In this document: piece after piece, positions 29,173-38,569 of the stretch | How the letters are laid out: each line of letters opens with the position of its first letter | Position numbering within the stretch: the first letter of the stretch is position 1 | Assembly (NCBI GenBank): GCA_038245295.1 | Contig: JBBRSP010000011.1 | Location: 32,001-96,000, forward strand | Length of the DNA: 64,000 nt | Direction: 5' to 3' | Source: Candidatus Binatia bacterium | Lineage (GTDB): Bacteria; Desulfobacterota; Binatia; HRBIN30 | Position numbers and translations under genes: made by a program | The notes under the pieces: generated by a model | Told to the model about the DNA's origin: nothing | The model's input: the letters and a program-made list of their open reading frames with translations, nothing else | The model's database searches: none

Positions 29173-30240
29173 ATGCACCAATTTCTGACCAATAATCGCG
29201 ACGAGATCATCGCGCGCACTCGAGCCAAGGTGGCTCTGAGAGACGCGCCTCGACCAACCGCGGTTGAGGTCGACCACGGCATTCCGTTCTTCTTGGACCA
29301 GCTGATCGCTACATTGCAAAATCCAGCGCCTTCGGACGACGCGGACATCAGCCGGGTTGCCACGCAACACGGCAGCGATCTGCTCAGGCGGGGCCTAACG
29401 GTGGGCCAGGTCGTGCACGACTACGGTGGACTGTGCCAGGCCATTACCGAGCTTGCGGTCGACCGGAATGAGCCGATCAGGTCAGAGGACTTCCATACGT
29501 TCAATCGTTGCCTGGACGACGCCATTGCGCAGGCAGTGACCGAGTACAGTCGCCAACGCACACAATCGGACTCCGACCAGGCCCTCGAGCGACTGGGCTT
29601 CTTCGCCCATGAGCTGCGTAACGCGCTGAATACGGCGACACTCGGCTTCGCCGCCCTCAAATCGGGTAGTGTCGGGGCACGCGGCAGCACCAGCGCGCTC
29701 ATCGAACGCAGCTTCAACCGAATGCGCGACCTCGTGAATCATTCACTTGCCGAAGTTCGACTCCAGGCGGGACTGGTGCGACGCGAGCCGCTTGTTGTCG
29801 CGACGCTCATCGAGGAGGTGGCGATCGTCGCCGCCATTGAAGCAACCGAGCATGATGTTGTGCTCACCGTCGAACCTGTCGAGTTTGGAATTGTAATCGA
29901 GGCCGACGCACAGATCCTCGTGGCGGCGTTGGTGAATCTGCTCCAGAATGCGTTCAAGTTCACCCGTCGCCATAGTCAGGTTTCGCTGCATACGACCAGC
30001 AGCGACGACCGCGTCCGAATCGAAGTCGCCGACGAGTGCGGCGGGTTGGCCGAGGGAAAGAGCGACGACCTCTTTCGTGCTTTCGCACAACGAGGCGACG
30101 ATCGAACCGGTCTCGGTCTCGGCCTGACGATCACCAGGCGGTGCGTCGAAGAGAACGGTGGCGAGCTGCGGGTGCGCAACATCCCTGGCACCGGATGTGT
30201 CTTTACGGTGGATTTGCCCAGGTCGTCCGCGCCGAGCTGA
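29173..30240 (+). CDS. Cytoplasmic sensor histidine kinase (orphan)
   Basis: H-box FAHELRNAL, N-box NLLQNAFKF, DECGG, GLGLGL, GCVFTVDLP; N-terminal VVHDYG..CQAI domain. Confidence 0.9.
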   Translation: MHQFLTNNRDEIIARTRAKVALRDAPRPTAVEVDHGIPFFLDQLIATLQNPAPSDDADISRVATQHGSDLLRRGLTVGQVVHDYGGLCQAITELAVDRNEPIRSEDFHTFNRCLDDAIAQAVTEYSRQRTQSDSDQALERLGFFAHELRNALNTATLGFAALKSGSVGARGSTSALIERSFNRMRDLVNHSLAEVRLQAGLVRREPLVVATLIEEVAIVAAIEATEHDVVLTVEPVEFGIVIEADAQILVAALVNLLQNAFKFTRRHSQVSLHTTSSDDRVRIEVADECGGLAEGKSDDLFRAFAQRGDDRTGLGLGLTITRRCVEENGGELRVRNIPGTGCVFTVDLPRSSAPS

Positions 30241-30493
30241 TCCCCTGTTCGCCGTCTTCCCATGAGCGTCCAGATAAACAGATAGAGACGAATTTCCGCC
30301 CACCGACCCACCCCCACGACGCAGCAGGAAGCCCCAGGATCGCGTCCCAGGCCCCGGGATGGCTCTCCCTACGCACGCAAACTCAACGTTTTTCGGGGAT
30401 TTCCGGAAAGACCCCTTGAAAAGAAAGAGGTTTCTCGTCGTCGCCCGGCTGTGGCGCCGATGATTTCCCTTCCTTCCTCCGGCTGACCAGGGC

Positions 30494-30578
30494 AAAGGGT
30501 CCTGGCCCCGTTTCCGCGGGCGCGATGCTTGGTTCCCTTGATTAATTCCGCTGCCAGAAAAGGGTCCTGTCCCCTTTT
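30494..30578. repeat. Direct pair of ~20-bp imperfect palindromes (REP-like)
   Basis: AAAGGGTCCTGGCCCCGTTT (30494-30513) and AAAAGGGTCCTGTCCCCTTTT (30558-30578). Confidence 0.6.
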
Positions 30579-30998
30579 GCAGTCGCGTGGACACCCGCGC
30601 CAACAACGCAGCGCTCGCGAAAGCCACCGACTCAGGCACCGAGTTGACGGCCGGCGACGAAGATTCGACCCGGACGCTTTCAAGGCCGCAAGCGGTTCGG
30701 CGCGCCTTCGGGCGAGGCCCAGGCTGCTGCGTTGATCCATAAGCTGCGTCGCAAGCCGCGCGCTTGATCTTCGCCGCGATCGCGGCCGCCTCAACGCTGA
30801 TGGCGTGCCGACTCGGACAGGGAAGCTGCGGGCGTCGGAGACGGTGCGGGGGATTGTGCAGCGGGGCGTGCGGAGTGAATGACGCTGGCAGAAGCCCTGT
30901 CCGGGGTCCTCCCCGGTTCTTCCCGGGCTGATCAGCGCCATCCACGCTTAACGCATTGAGTTGCTCTCGATGCCTTATCCCGCAAGGGTTTGAAGAAA

Positions 30999-31071
30999 TG
31001 GGCCGTCAGGGACTCGAACCCCGGACCCGGTGATTAAGAGTCACCTGCTCTACCAACTGAGCTAACGGCCC
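30999..31071 (-). tRNA. tRNA-Lys (anticodon CTT)
   Basis: Reverse complement GGGCCGTTAGCTCAGTTGGTAGAGCAGGTGACTCTTAATCACCGGGTCCGGGGTTCGAGTCCCTGACGGCCCA folds as a cloverleaf; CCA not encoded. Confidence 0.96.
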
Positions 31072-31164
31072 CTTGCTGCGGGAAAGTTGTCGTCGCCAAC
31101 AACGCCGCGCGTTCTAGCCGCGTTGCGCGAACGAAATCAAGTCCTGTCGAGCGGCTCGCCTATC

Positions 31165-31309
31165 TCCACCGCAGAGGCGCAGAGACGCCGAGCGCGGATC
31201 CTTGGGGAACGCGGCATCGTACTGCCTTTCGTCGCGAAACGGTTTGCCCTGCTGCTGTAAGGTTCCTTCTCGCGTTGCTGTCTCGGCGGCCCTGCGCCTC
31301 TGCGGTGGA
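31165..31309. repeat. 28-bp inverted repeat pair (REP-like)
   Basis: TCCACCGCAGAGGCGCAGAGACGCCGAG (31165-31192) vs CTCGGCGGCCCTGCGCCTCTGCGGTGGA (31282-31309), 26/28 complementary. Confidence 0.75.
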
Positions 31310-31356
31310 ATTTGCCTGCACTCGACTCACCGCGGTCAACTCTCTACATCCGCCGC

Positions 31357-32775
31357 ATGGACGCCACACGCGCGCAGCAGCTGGTGAACGAGTTGTGGGA
31401 CAGCAGCATTGTCCCGACCTTGCACGACTACATCCGCATTCCGAATCAGTCGCCCGGTTTTGATCCGCAGTGGCAGTCGAACGGACACATGGATGCGGCG
31501 GTCGAGCTGATGTGCAACTGGATCCGATCCCAAAACATTGCCGGCTTGCAGCTGGAAGTGATTCGCGAGCCTGGGCGCACGCCGCTCATCTTGATGGAGT
31601 TGGCCGGGCAGGGCGGCGATACGGTGTTGCTCTACGGCCATCTCGACAAGCAGCCACCGATGGACGGCTGGGAGGACGGGCTTGGGCCGTGGACCCCTGT
31701 GCTGCGCGACGGCAAGCTCTACGGCCGCGGCGGCGCCGACGATGGTTACGCCGCCTTCGCGACGATCGCCGCGCTCAAGGTGTTGCAAGAGCAGAAGCTG
31801 CCGCATGCGCGTCTGGTGATCGTGATCGAAGCCTGTGAGGAGAGTGGCAGCGGTGATCTGCCGCATTATCTCGCCAAGCTGAGCGAGCGCATCGGCACGC
31901 CGAGCCTGGTGGTGTGCCTCGACTCGGGTTGCGGCAACTACGAGCAGTTGTGGGTAACGTCGTCGCTGCGCGGCTTGCTCAACGGTACGCTCAGTGTCCG
32001 CATGTTGCGCGACGGCGTGCACTCGGGCGCCGCCAGCGGGATCGTGCCCTCGACCTTCCGCATCGCCCGCCAGTTGATCGATCGTCTCGAAGACGGCGCC
32101 ACCGGAACCCTACGCGTTCCTGAGCTCTACACCGAGATTCCGGCCGAGCGTCTCGAACAGGCGAGCAAGACAGCGGTGGTCATGGCCGATGACGTGCGTG
32201 GATCATTTCCGTTCGTCGATGGCGCGCGGCCGGTGACCGAGGATGTCCGCGAGTTGTTGCTCAACCGCACCTGGCGGCCGCAGCTCGAAGTGGTCGGCGC
32301 CGCCGGGCTGCCGACGTTGGAGCACGCCGGCAATGTGTTGCGTCCGCAAACCACGCTGAAGTTGTCGGTACGCATCCCGCCACAGGTTGACCCGCGCGCC
32401 GCCGCCACGGCGTTGAAGAAGATCCTCGAGAGCGAGCCGCCGTACGGTGCCACCGTGCACTTCGAATGCAGCGAATGCGCCTCGGGTTGGAGTGCGCCGC
32501 CGACGGCGCCGTGGTTGCAACAAGCGATTGAACAAGCGTCGTCCGACTTCTTCGGCCGCCCGCCCTGTTTCATGGGGGAAGGCGGCACCATTCCGTTCAT
32601 GGCGATGCTGGGACGGCAGTTCCCCGAAGCCCAGTTCCTGATCACCGGAGTCCTCGGTCCGCGCTCGAATGCGCACGGACCGAATGAGTTTCTGCACATC
32701 GGCATGGCGAAGGGATTGAGTGCCAGTGTGGCGCGGGTGCTGGTGGCGCACGTCACTCGGAGAAACGAACGTTGA
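31357..32775 (+). CDS. M20 family metallopeptidase (dipeptidase/DapE-like)
   Basis: YGHLDKQP, LYGRGGADDG, EACEESGS, HSG, GEGGTIPF, NAHGPNE. Confidence 0.93.
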   Translation: MDATRAQQLVNELWDSSIVPTLHDYIRIPNQSPGFDPQWQSNGHMDAAVELMCNWIRSQNIAGLQLEVIREPGRTPLILMELAGQGGDTVLLYGHLDKQPPMDGWEDGLGPWTPVLRDGKLYGRGGADDGYAAFATIAALKVLQEQKLPHARLVIVIEACEESGSGDLPHYLAKLSERIGTPSLVVCLDSGCGNYEQLWVTSSLRGLLNGTLSVRMLRDGVHSGAASGIVPSTFRIARQLIDRLEDGATGTLRVPELYTEIPAERLEQASKTAVVMADDVRGSFPFVDGARPVTEDVRELLLNRTWRPQLEVVGAAGLPTLEHAGNVLRPQTTLKLSVRIPPQVDPRAAATALKKILESEPPYGATVHFECSECASGWSAPPTAPWLQQAIEQASSDFFGRPPCFMGEGGTIPFMAMLGRQFPEAQFLITGVLGPRSNAHGPNEFLHIGMAKGLSASVARVLVAHVTRRNER

Positions 32776-32917
32776 TGTGAGGAGGCGCTCGTCGTCTAGA
32801 GTCGTTTCCCGTTGTGCAAACCTGCACCCCGAACCCAGCACCCTGCTCCTCTGTTGACCGCCTACCAGGTGGGTGTTAGCTGCGCTGCCCCTGAGCCAGT
32901 TTCGCCAAAGTGGATAC

Positions 32918-32990
32918 GAGCCGTTAGCTCAGGCGGTAGAGCATCTGCCTTTTAAGTAGATGGTCGCTGGTTCGAGTCCAGCACGGCTCA
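32918..32990 (+). tRNA. tRNA-Lys (anticodon TTT)
   Basis: GAGCCGTTAGCTCAGGCGGTAGAGCATCTGCCTTTTAAGTAGATGGTCGCTGGTTCGAGTCCAGCACGGCTCA cloverleaf; CCA not encoded. Confidence 0.95.
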
Positions 32991-32994
32991 CTTT

Positions 32995-33031
32995 ACAAAG
33001 CCCGGTCGCCTTTTGGCGTCCGGGCTTTGTT
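32995..33031 (+). terminator. Hairpin terminator after tRNA-Lys(TTT)
   Basis: ACAAAGCCCGG...CCGGGCTTTGT stem directly 3' of the tRNA. Confidence 0.7.
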
Positions 33032-33180
33032 GGGTTCGGGGTGCAGGGTCCGGGGGCTGATGTGCGAGATGTCCGTTGTCCGAGCCCGCACCCTGTACCC
33101 CGAACCCGGCACTCGGCGCTGCGCCCGCGGCGCAGCGCTTGTTGAAACTTTCCAGGGGGCGGTGCTACGGCACGGCGACG

Positions 33181-35094
33181 TTGACGACTACAGCGGCATT
33201 GAGCCCCTCGGCGACTCGTGGGCGCCTCATCCTTTCTGCTCTTGCTCTCGCTGCCATGGTCGCCGTTGCCTACCTTCCGGCGCTCCGTAACGACTTCGTC
33301 AATTGGGATGACACTACCTATCTGATCAAGAACGAGGCGGTCCATTCTCCTGGTGGTTTGGGGCAGATCTGGTCGACCATTGAGATGCCGCGGTTCTTTC
33401 CAAACTATCCAATCGTCTTCACTACCTACTGGCTCGAGTATCGTTTGTGGGGCGATTGGCCGGCCGGTTACCACGCCACCAACATCCTTCTGCACGCCGC
33501 GAACACCTCCCTCGTCTTTGCGCTTGTTCTGGCACTTGGTGGGGCGCCATGGGTCGCTGCGCTGACCGCTGCGTTGTTTGGTCTGCATCCGTTGCAGGCC
33601 GAGTCGGTCGTTTGGATAACCGAACGGAAGAATGTGCTGTCGACCTTCTTCGGTCTGCTGGCGATGTTGGCCTACTTGCGGCATCGCCGCACCGAGCGCT
33701 GGTGCTGGTATGCATTGGCCGTACTGGCGTTTGTTCTAGGGCTGCTGAGCAAAACCGCGTTGGCTCCGCTACCGCTGTCGCTTCTGTTGCTGGAGCGCAT
33801 GCGCAACGGCCGCTGGCAGCTAGAGAGCTTTACGCGTTTGCTGCCGTTGCTGGCACTCGCCGGGGTGGTGAGCCTGATGACGCTGCATATCGAGGATGCT
33901 CCGAATGTCGTGACGCCGGCGGCGCGGCCACTGCTTGCCTCAGCTGTGTTGTGGTTTTACGGCGGCATGCTGCTCGTGCCGTGGAACGTCAGGCCGCTGT
34001 ATCCGATGTGGGACGTGGCGGTCGGCGCGCCCATCTGGTGGATGCCTCTCGTCGGACTCCTGCTTGTTGTCGTCGCGGTGTGGCGCTGGGCGCCGCCGTG
34101 GCGGTCGCGTTGGGGCATGGCTCACTTCGTCTGCCTGTTGTTGCCCGTCCTTGGTCTACGCCCGTTCGGCTTCCACAAGTGGAGCCTTGTCGCCAATCAT
34201 CACGTGTACTTGGCGTCGATCGGTTTCTTCCTGGTGCTCGCGGAAGCTCTTTATCGGTGGCGCCTGGTGCGTGGTCGCGTCGTGACCTTGCTGGTTGGAG
34301 TCGTCCTACTGCTCTGGTGCGGCATCACCGAGCAGCAGATTGCCGTGTGGCGCGACTCTGTAAGTCTGTGGAGCGAGGTTCTGGTGCACAACCCAGGCTC
34401 CGCGAATGCCCAGGTCAACCTCGGCAATGCCTTGCTCGACCTCGGCCAATTGGACGCGGCCGAAGTGCAGCTGCGCCGCGGTCTCGCCGGTTCGTCGGAG
34501 CCGACGCAGACTCACACGAATCTTGGTCGTCTCTTTTTCCAGCGTGGTCAATTCGACGCGGCGGCAGAACAGCTGCTCCTCGCGCTGGCGGGAGCACCGA
34601 ACGATTCCGAGCTACACAAGAGCCTGGCCCTGGTGCGCCGATCTCAGGAACGCCTCGACGAAGCGGCGGACGAGTTGCACACCGCCATCAAACTCCAGGA
34701 TTCTCCCGTGTACCGCCGGTTGTTGGGTGGTGTGCTGTTGTCCCAGGGGCACGAGGCCGAGGCGATTGCCGCGTATCAGGCAGCTCTCGAGGGCGATGGT
34801 TCCGCCGAAACGCGGCATGAGCTCGGCGAGGCGTATCTTGCGGCCGGCCATTTGTCCGAGGCAGCCGCGGCTTTCACGGAAGTCGTGCGCCAACACCCCG
34901 AGTGGCCGGAGCCACATTACAACCTGGCGGTGGCGCTGCGCGGGTTGGGCGATACCGACGCGGCGCGCCGCGAGCTCGGCCTGGCGCTGAGGATCAAGCC
35001 TGACTTCGCTTTGGCGAGCGCGGAGCTGCAGGCTTTGGATACGAACCTCATCGAGCCGAAGGTCGGGCGGGACCCGGGTTCGAGTCCGAACTAA
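33181..35094 (+). CDS. TMTC-like (GT-C fold) multi-TM protein with C-terminal TPRs, putative protein O-glycosyltransferase
   Basis: FVNWDD loop, YHATNILLHAAN, LHPLQAESVVWITERKN, LLSK, WRDS..LW, then TPRs; start uncertain (33076-33256). Confidence 0.85.
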   Translation: MTTTAALSPSATRGRLILSALALAAMVAVAYLPALRNDFVNWDDTTYLIKNEAVHSPGGLGQIWSTIEMPRFFPNYPIVFTTYWLEYRLWGDWPAGYHATNILLHAANTSLVFALVLALGGAPWVAALTAALFGLHPLQAESVVWITERKNVLSTFFGLLAMLAYLRHRRTERWCWYALAVLAFVLGLLSKTALAPLPLSLLLLERMRNGRWQLESFTRLLPLLALAGVVSLMTLHIEDAPNVVTPAARPLLASAVLWFYGGMLLVPWNVRPLYPMWDVAVGAPIWWMPLVGLLLVVVAVWRWAPPWRSRWGMAHFVCLLLPVLGLRPFGFHKWSLVANHHVYLASIGFFLVLAEALYRWRLVRGRVVTLLVGVVLLLWCGITEQQIAVWRDSVSLWSEVLVHNPGSANAQVNLGNALLDLGQLDAAEVQLRRGLAGSSEPTQTHTNLGRLFFQRGQFDAAAEQLLLALAGAPNDSELHKSLALVRRSQERLDEAADELHTAIKLQDSPVYRRLLGGVLLSQGHEAEAIAAYQAALEGDGSAETRHELGEAYLAAGHLSEAAAAFTEVVRQHPEWPEPHYNLAVALRGLGDTDAARRELGLALRIKPDFALASAELQALDTNLIEPKVGRDPGSSPN

Positions 35095-35149
35095 CATCAA
35101 TCCGACAATGAGGTTTCAGGGTGGAGTGAGAGCGTGGATCCCCTGGCGC

Positions 35150-35310
35150 GAGACTTGTCGATTTCCTCTGATCGCGCGTTTGAAAGTATACGAACACCTG
35201 CGACATTCCGGCGAAAGCCGGAATGTCGCCAGCTTTCGAGGCTTCCAGCACTGGGAGATCCCGGTCTTCACCGGGATGACGTTGCTCCACTTTGGTTTTA
35301 CGACAGACTC
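35150..35310. mobile_element. MITE copy of the 23387-23546 family, opposite orientation
   Basis: Ends GAGACTTGTCG...CGACAGACTC followed by TTTC; core GCCAGCTTTCGAGGCTTCCAGCA...CACCGGGATGACGTTGCTCCACTTTGGTTTTACGACA matches the reverse complement of the 23.4-kb element. Confidence 0.8.
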
Positions 35311-35410
35311 TTTCACCGGGATGACGTTGCTCCACTTTGGTTTTACGACAGACTCTTTCGGCGGGATGACGTTGCTTCATCTCCGTTTATTGACAGTCTC
35401 TTTCGCCGGG
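35267..35410. repeat. Tandem 45-bp repeat (two identical units, one degenerate, plus a partial)
   Basis: TTCACCGGGATGACGTTGCTCCACTTTGGTTTTACGACAGACTCT at 35267 and 35312; degenerate at 35357. Confidence 0.85.
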
Positions 35411-35474
35411 CTCCAGTGAGTCGTGCCGCCCCACCTTTCAGCCGCGGCGGTGTCTGTAGTATCGGTTGCCGGCG

Positions 35475-36725
35475 ATGCTTGCCGCCGCGGCCGAAGAGCC
35501 GTCCATACCGATGACTCCCGCCGAGCGGGCGAACCAGCGCAATGCGGTGCTCGCCGGGTTTCTCGGCTGGACTCTCGACGCCTTCGACTTCTTCATCCTG
35601 ACGTTAGTCATCGACGATGTCGCGGCCTCGTTCGGGCGCTCGCGCCCAGACATCCTGTTTGCCGTCACCGCGGCGCTGGCCATGCGGCCGCTCGGCGCGC
35701 TCATCTTTGGTGTCATGGCCGACCGTCTCGGGCGGCGCCTGCCGCTGATGCTCAACGTCGTGTTCTATGCGGTGATCTCGATCCTCTCGGGACTGGCACC
35801 GAGTTACACGGCGTTCCTCTTCCTACGGATGTTGTTCGGTGTTGGTATGGGCGGCGAGTGGGGTGTCGGAGCTTCGTTGGCCCTCGAGTCGGCGTCGCCG
35901 CGTTGGCGCGGGCTGCTGTCGGGCTTGCTCCAGGAAGGTTACGCGCTCGGCAATCTCCTCTCGGCGCTGGCCTTTCGGCTTGCCTATCCGTATTTCAACA
36001 CCCTCTATCCGGGGAACGGTTGGCGCGTCATGTTCTTCCTCGGCGGCCTGCCGGCGCTGCTGGCGCTATTCATCCGATCGAAGGTGAAGGAATCCGACGC
36101 CTGGCGCGAGAACCAGACCGACTGGGCGACCTATCGCCAATCACTGCCGCAGTACTGGCGGCGCTTTCTGTATCTCGTGGCGCTCATGGCGATGATGAAC
36201 TTCCTGTCGCACGGCACGCAGGATGTCTATCCAACCCTGCTCGGCTCGATTGGCTACAGCAAAGCGCGCATTGCCGATGTGACCATGCTCTCCGGCGTCG
36301 GGGCCGTGCTTGGTGGTCTAGTGTTCGGTTACTACTCCGATCGCAGCGGACGCCGACGCGCGATGATGACCGCGATGTTCTGCGGTCTGCTGGTCGTGCC
36401 GTTCTGGATCGCCAGTCATAGCCCGGTGCAGATTCTCGTCGGCGTATTCCTGATGCAGTTCTTCGTACAGGGCGCCTGGGGCGTGATTCCAGCGCACATC
36501 AATGAATTGTCGCCGAACCATCTGCGCGGCGTCTTTCCTGGATTCGCGTATCAGCTTGGCGTGTTGTGCGCCGCCAGTATTCCTTACGTCGAAGCCGTGC
36601 TGGGCGAACGCTTCACCTACGCGCAGGCCATGGGAGGACTGGTGACGCTGGTGTTCGTCGGCGCTCTCGTCGTGACCTTCTGCGGCCCGGAGGCGAAGGG
36701 TGTTTCGTTCCGCAAGGGAATGTAG
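35475..36725 (+). CDS. MFS transporter, SHS (NanT/Jen1-like carboxylate:H+ symporter) family
   Basis: GWTLDAFDFF, RPLGALIFG..ADRLGRR, GMGGEWG, NFLSHGTQD.YPT, QGAWGVIP; start uncertain (35475 or 35511). Confidence 0.9.
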   Translation: MLAAAAEEPSIPMTPAERANQRNAVLAGFLGWTLDAFDFFILTLVIDDVAASFGRSRPDILFAVTAALAMRPLGALIFGVMADRLGRRLPLMLNVVFYAVISILSGLAPSYTAFLFLRMLFGVGMGGEWGVGASLALESASPRWRGLLSGLLQEGYALGNLLSALAFRLAYPYFNTLYPGNGWRVMFFLGGLPALLALFIRSKVKESDAWRENQTDWATYRQSLPQYWRRFLYLVALMAMMNFLSHGTQDVYPTLLGSIGYSKARIADVTMLSGVGAVLGGLVFGYYSDRSGRRRAMMTAMFCGLLVVPFWIASHSPVQILVGVFLMQFFVQGAWGVIPAHINELSPNHLRGVFPGFAYQLGVLCAASIPYVEAVLGERFTYAQAMGGLVTLVFVGALVVTFCGPEAKGVSFRKGM

Positions 36726-36745
36726 GGGCGGTTCGAGAACCGCCC
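36722..36745. repeat. Solo GTAG-type REP-like palindrome overlapping the MFS stop codon
   Basis: GTAG-GGGCGGTTC-GA-GAACCGCCC. Confidence 0.55.
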
Positions 36746-36778
36746 GGCGACGCCGAGGGGAGGGAGGGGTAGAGAGTC

Positions 36779-37099
36779 ATGAGCATGGTTCGTAGTATCA
36801 TTCGCTTTCAGGTGAAACCGGGTCGTGAGGCCGACTTCGGGTCCGCCTTTCACCGCACGGGAATGTTGACGCGTCCGCGGGGAATCGTCGGATTCCTCGA
36901 CGCCGAGCTCAGTCACTCGGTCGACAACGTCGGTGACTATCTCGTTGTCGCGCGTTGGGAGTCGGCCGAATCCTATCGTGCCTGGCAGGAGGAAGCGCTT
37001 ATTGGAGCGCCGCCGGACGCACTCGACGACCTGTTCGACACGCTGATCGATCCGCAAGCCGGTAGCCTCTACGCGATCATTTCCACCGGCGAGCCCTAA
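36779..37099 (+). CDS. Antibiotic biosynthesis monooxygenase (ABM) family protein
   Basis: FQVKPGREADF, GF...L, Y.VVARWES.ESY.AW. Confidence 0.8.
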   Translation: MSMVRSIIRFQVKPGREADFGSAFHRTGMLTRPRGIVGFLDAELSHSVDNVGDYLVVARWESAESYRAWQEEALIGAPPDALDDLFDTLIDPQAGSLYAIISTGEP

Positions 37100-37206
37100 G
37101 GGTGCGGACTACGTCGCAGGCTTCAGCCTGCGGTCAGCTGACTGATTCAAAGGTGCACAACGACCCCGGGGCTTCCTTTCGAGTGTTCTTGCGATAGGGA
37201 CGCCGC

Positions 37207-38451
37207 ATGGAAACGATTCGACGCGAGGTTCCGAACGGGGTGATCGAGGGCAGCTACGATCCGCGCTTTGCCGCTGTGGCGGCGGAGTTCGAGCGCAACT
37301 TTCGCGAGCGCGGTGAGGTGGGTGCTTCCGTCTGTCTGCACCACGATGGCCAGACGGTGGTCGACCTGTGGGGCGGGCTCGCCAATCCCGACGCGGGATT
37401 GGCATGGACACGCGATACCGTGTCGATCGTCTTTTCGTGCACCAAGGGGGCGACAGCGATCTGCGCTCACATGCTCGCATCGCAGGGCAAGCTCGATATC
37501 GACGCGCCGGTCGCCGAGTACTGGCCGGAGTTTGCATGCAACGGCAAAGAGAACGCCACGGTCAAGATGATGCTCGATCACTCGGTCGGACTGCCGGCTT
37601 GCAAGACCTTCCTCAAGATGGGCGGCGCCTACGACTGGGACTACATGGTTGAAACCCTCGCCAACGAGGAACCGTTCTGGGAGCCTGGGATCCGCAACGG
37701 CTACCACATGATTAACTTTGGCTGGACCGTCGGGGAGCTGGTACGGCGTGTCTCCGGTCGGTCGCTCGGAACTTTCTTCCGGGAAGAGATCGCCACGCCC
37801 CTGGGCATCGATTTCTGGATTGGTCTGCCGGAGGAGATCGAGCCGCGTGTTGCGCCGATGCGTATGCACATGCCGCAGCCGGGCGAGCCGTTGAGCGAGT
37901 TCACGACGACCTTGCTGACGGATCCACAATCGATTGCCGGCCTGTCGCTGCTCAACAATGGCGGCTTCGATCCGAACGCTCGCGCCGCACACGCCGCAGA
38001 GATTGGTGGCGCTGGTGGCATCTCCAACGCCCGCGGTCTGGCCGGACTCTACACGCCGCTCGCGAACGGCGGATCCTTTGGCGGTGTCACCCTCGCCGAT
38101 GCTCGGCAACTGGCGCGCATGGGCGAGGTTTCCATGGCGACCAACCGCGATGCGACGCTGCTGGTGCCGACGCGTTTTGCACTCGGGTTCATGAAGTCGA
38201 TGGACAACCGCCGGCGCAGCCGCGGCGATCGCGATAGCGCCGTGTTGTCGTCGGCGGCGTTCGGACACGTCGGTGCCGGAGGCAGCATTGGTTTTGCCGA
38301 CCCCAACGAAGGCATGGCGTTCGGCTACTCGATGAATCAGATGGGCGCCAGCATTCTCTTGAATGAGCGTGGCCAGTCGCTGGTCGACGCCGCGTATCGG
38401 GCGCTCGGCTATGCCTCGAACGACAGCGGGGTTTGGCGCCGACCGTCGTGA
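37207..38451 (+). CDS. Serine hydrolase, beta-lactamase-related (EstA/esterase) family
   Basis: VVDLWGG, FSCTK (SxxK), YWPEF, WEPG...GYH, FGHVGAGG. Confidence 0.9.
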   Translation: METIRREVPNGVIEGSYDPRFAAVAAEFERNFRERGEVGASVCLHHDGQTVVDLWGGLANPDAGLAWTRDTVSIVFSCTKGATAICAHMLASQGKLDIDAPVAEYWPEFACNGKENATVKMMLDHSVGLPACKTFLKMGGAYDWDYMVETLANEEPFWEPGIRNGYHMINFGWTVGELVRRVSGRSLGTFFREEIATPLGIDFWIGLPEEIEPRVAPMRMHMPQPGEPLSEFTTTLLTDPQSIAGLSLLNNGGFDPNARAAHAAEIGGAGGISNARGLAGLYTPLANGGSFGGVTLADARQLARMGEVSMATNRDATLLVPTRFALGFMKSMDNRRRSRGDRDSAVLSSAAFGHVGAGGSIGFADPNEGMAFGYSMNQMGASILLNERGQSLVDAAYRALGYASNDSGVWRRPS

Positions 38452-38569
38452 GTTCCCGAATTGGATCAACAAGCACTGAAGCGCGCCCTCTCCCGCGTCG
38501 AACGGAACCAGGGACGGCGGGAGAGGGGATGCTTTGCCCGCGTATTCTCTGTTCGAAGATGGAGTGGCT

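Noticed and set aside
29743..30945. 400-aa minus-strand ORF as an integrase
   Set aside because: No R-H-R-Y tyrosine or serine recombinase motifs; it overlaps the kinase antisense and runs through repeats
35267..35410. CRISPR array
   Set aside because: Units are contiguous with no unique spacers, no cas genes are present, and the sequence derives from the MITE end
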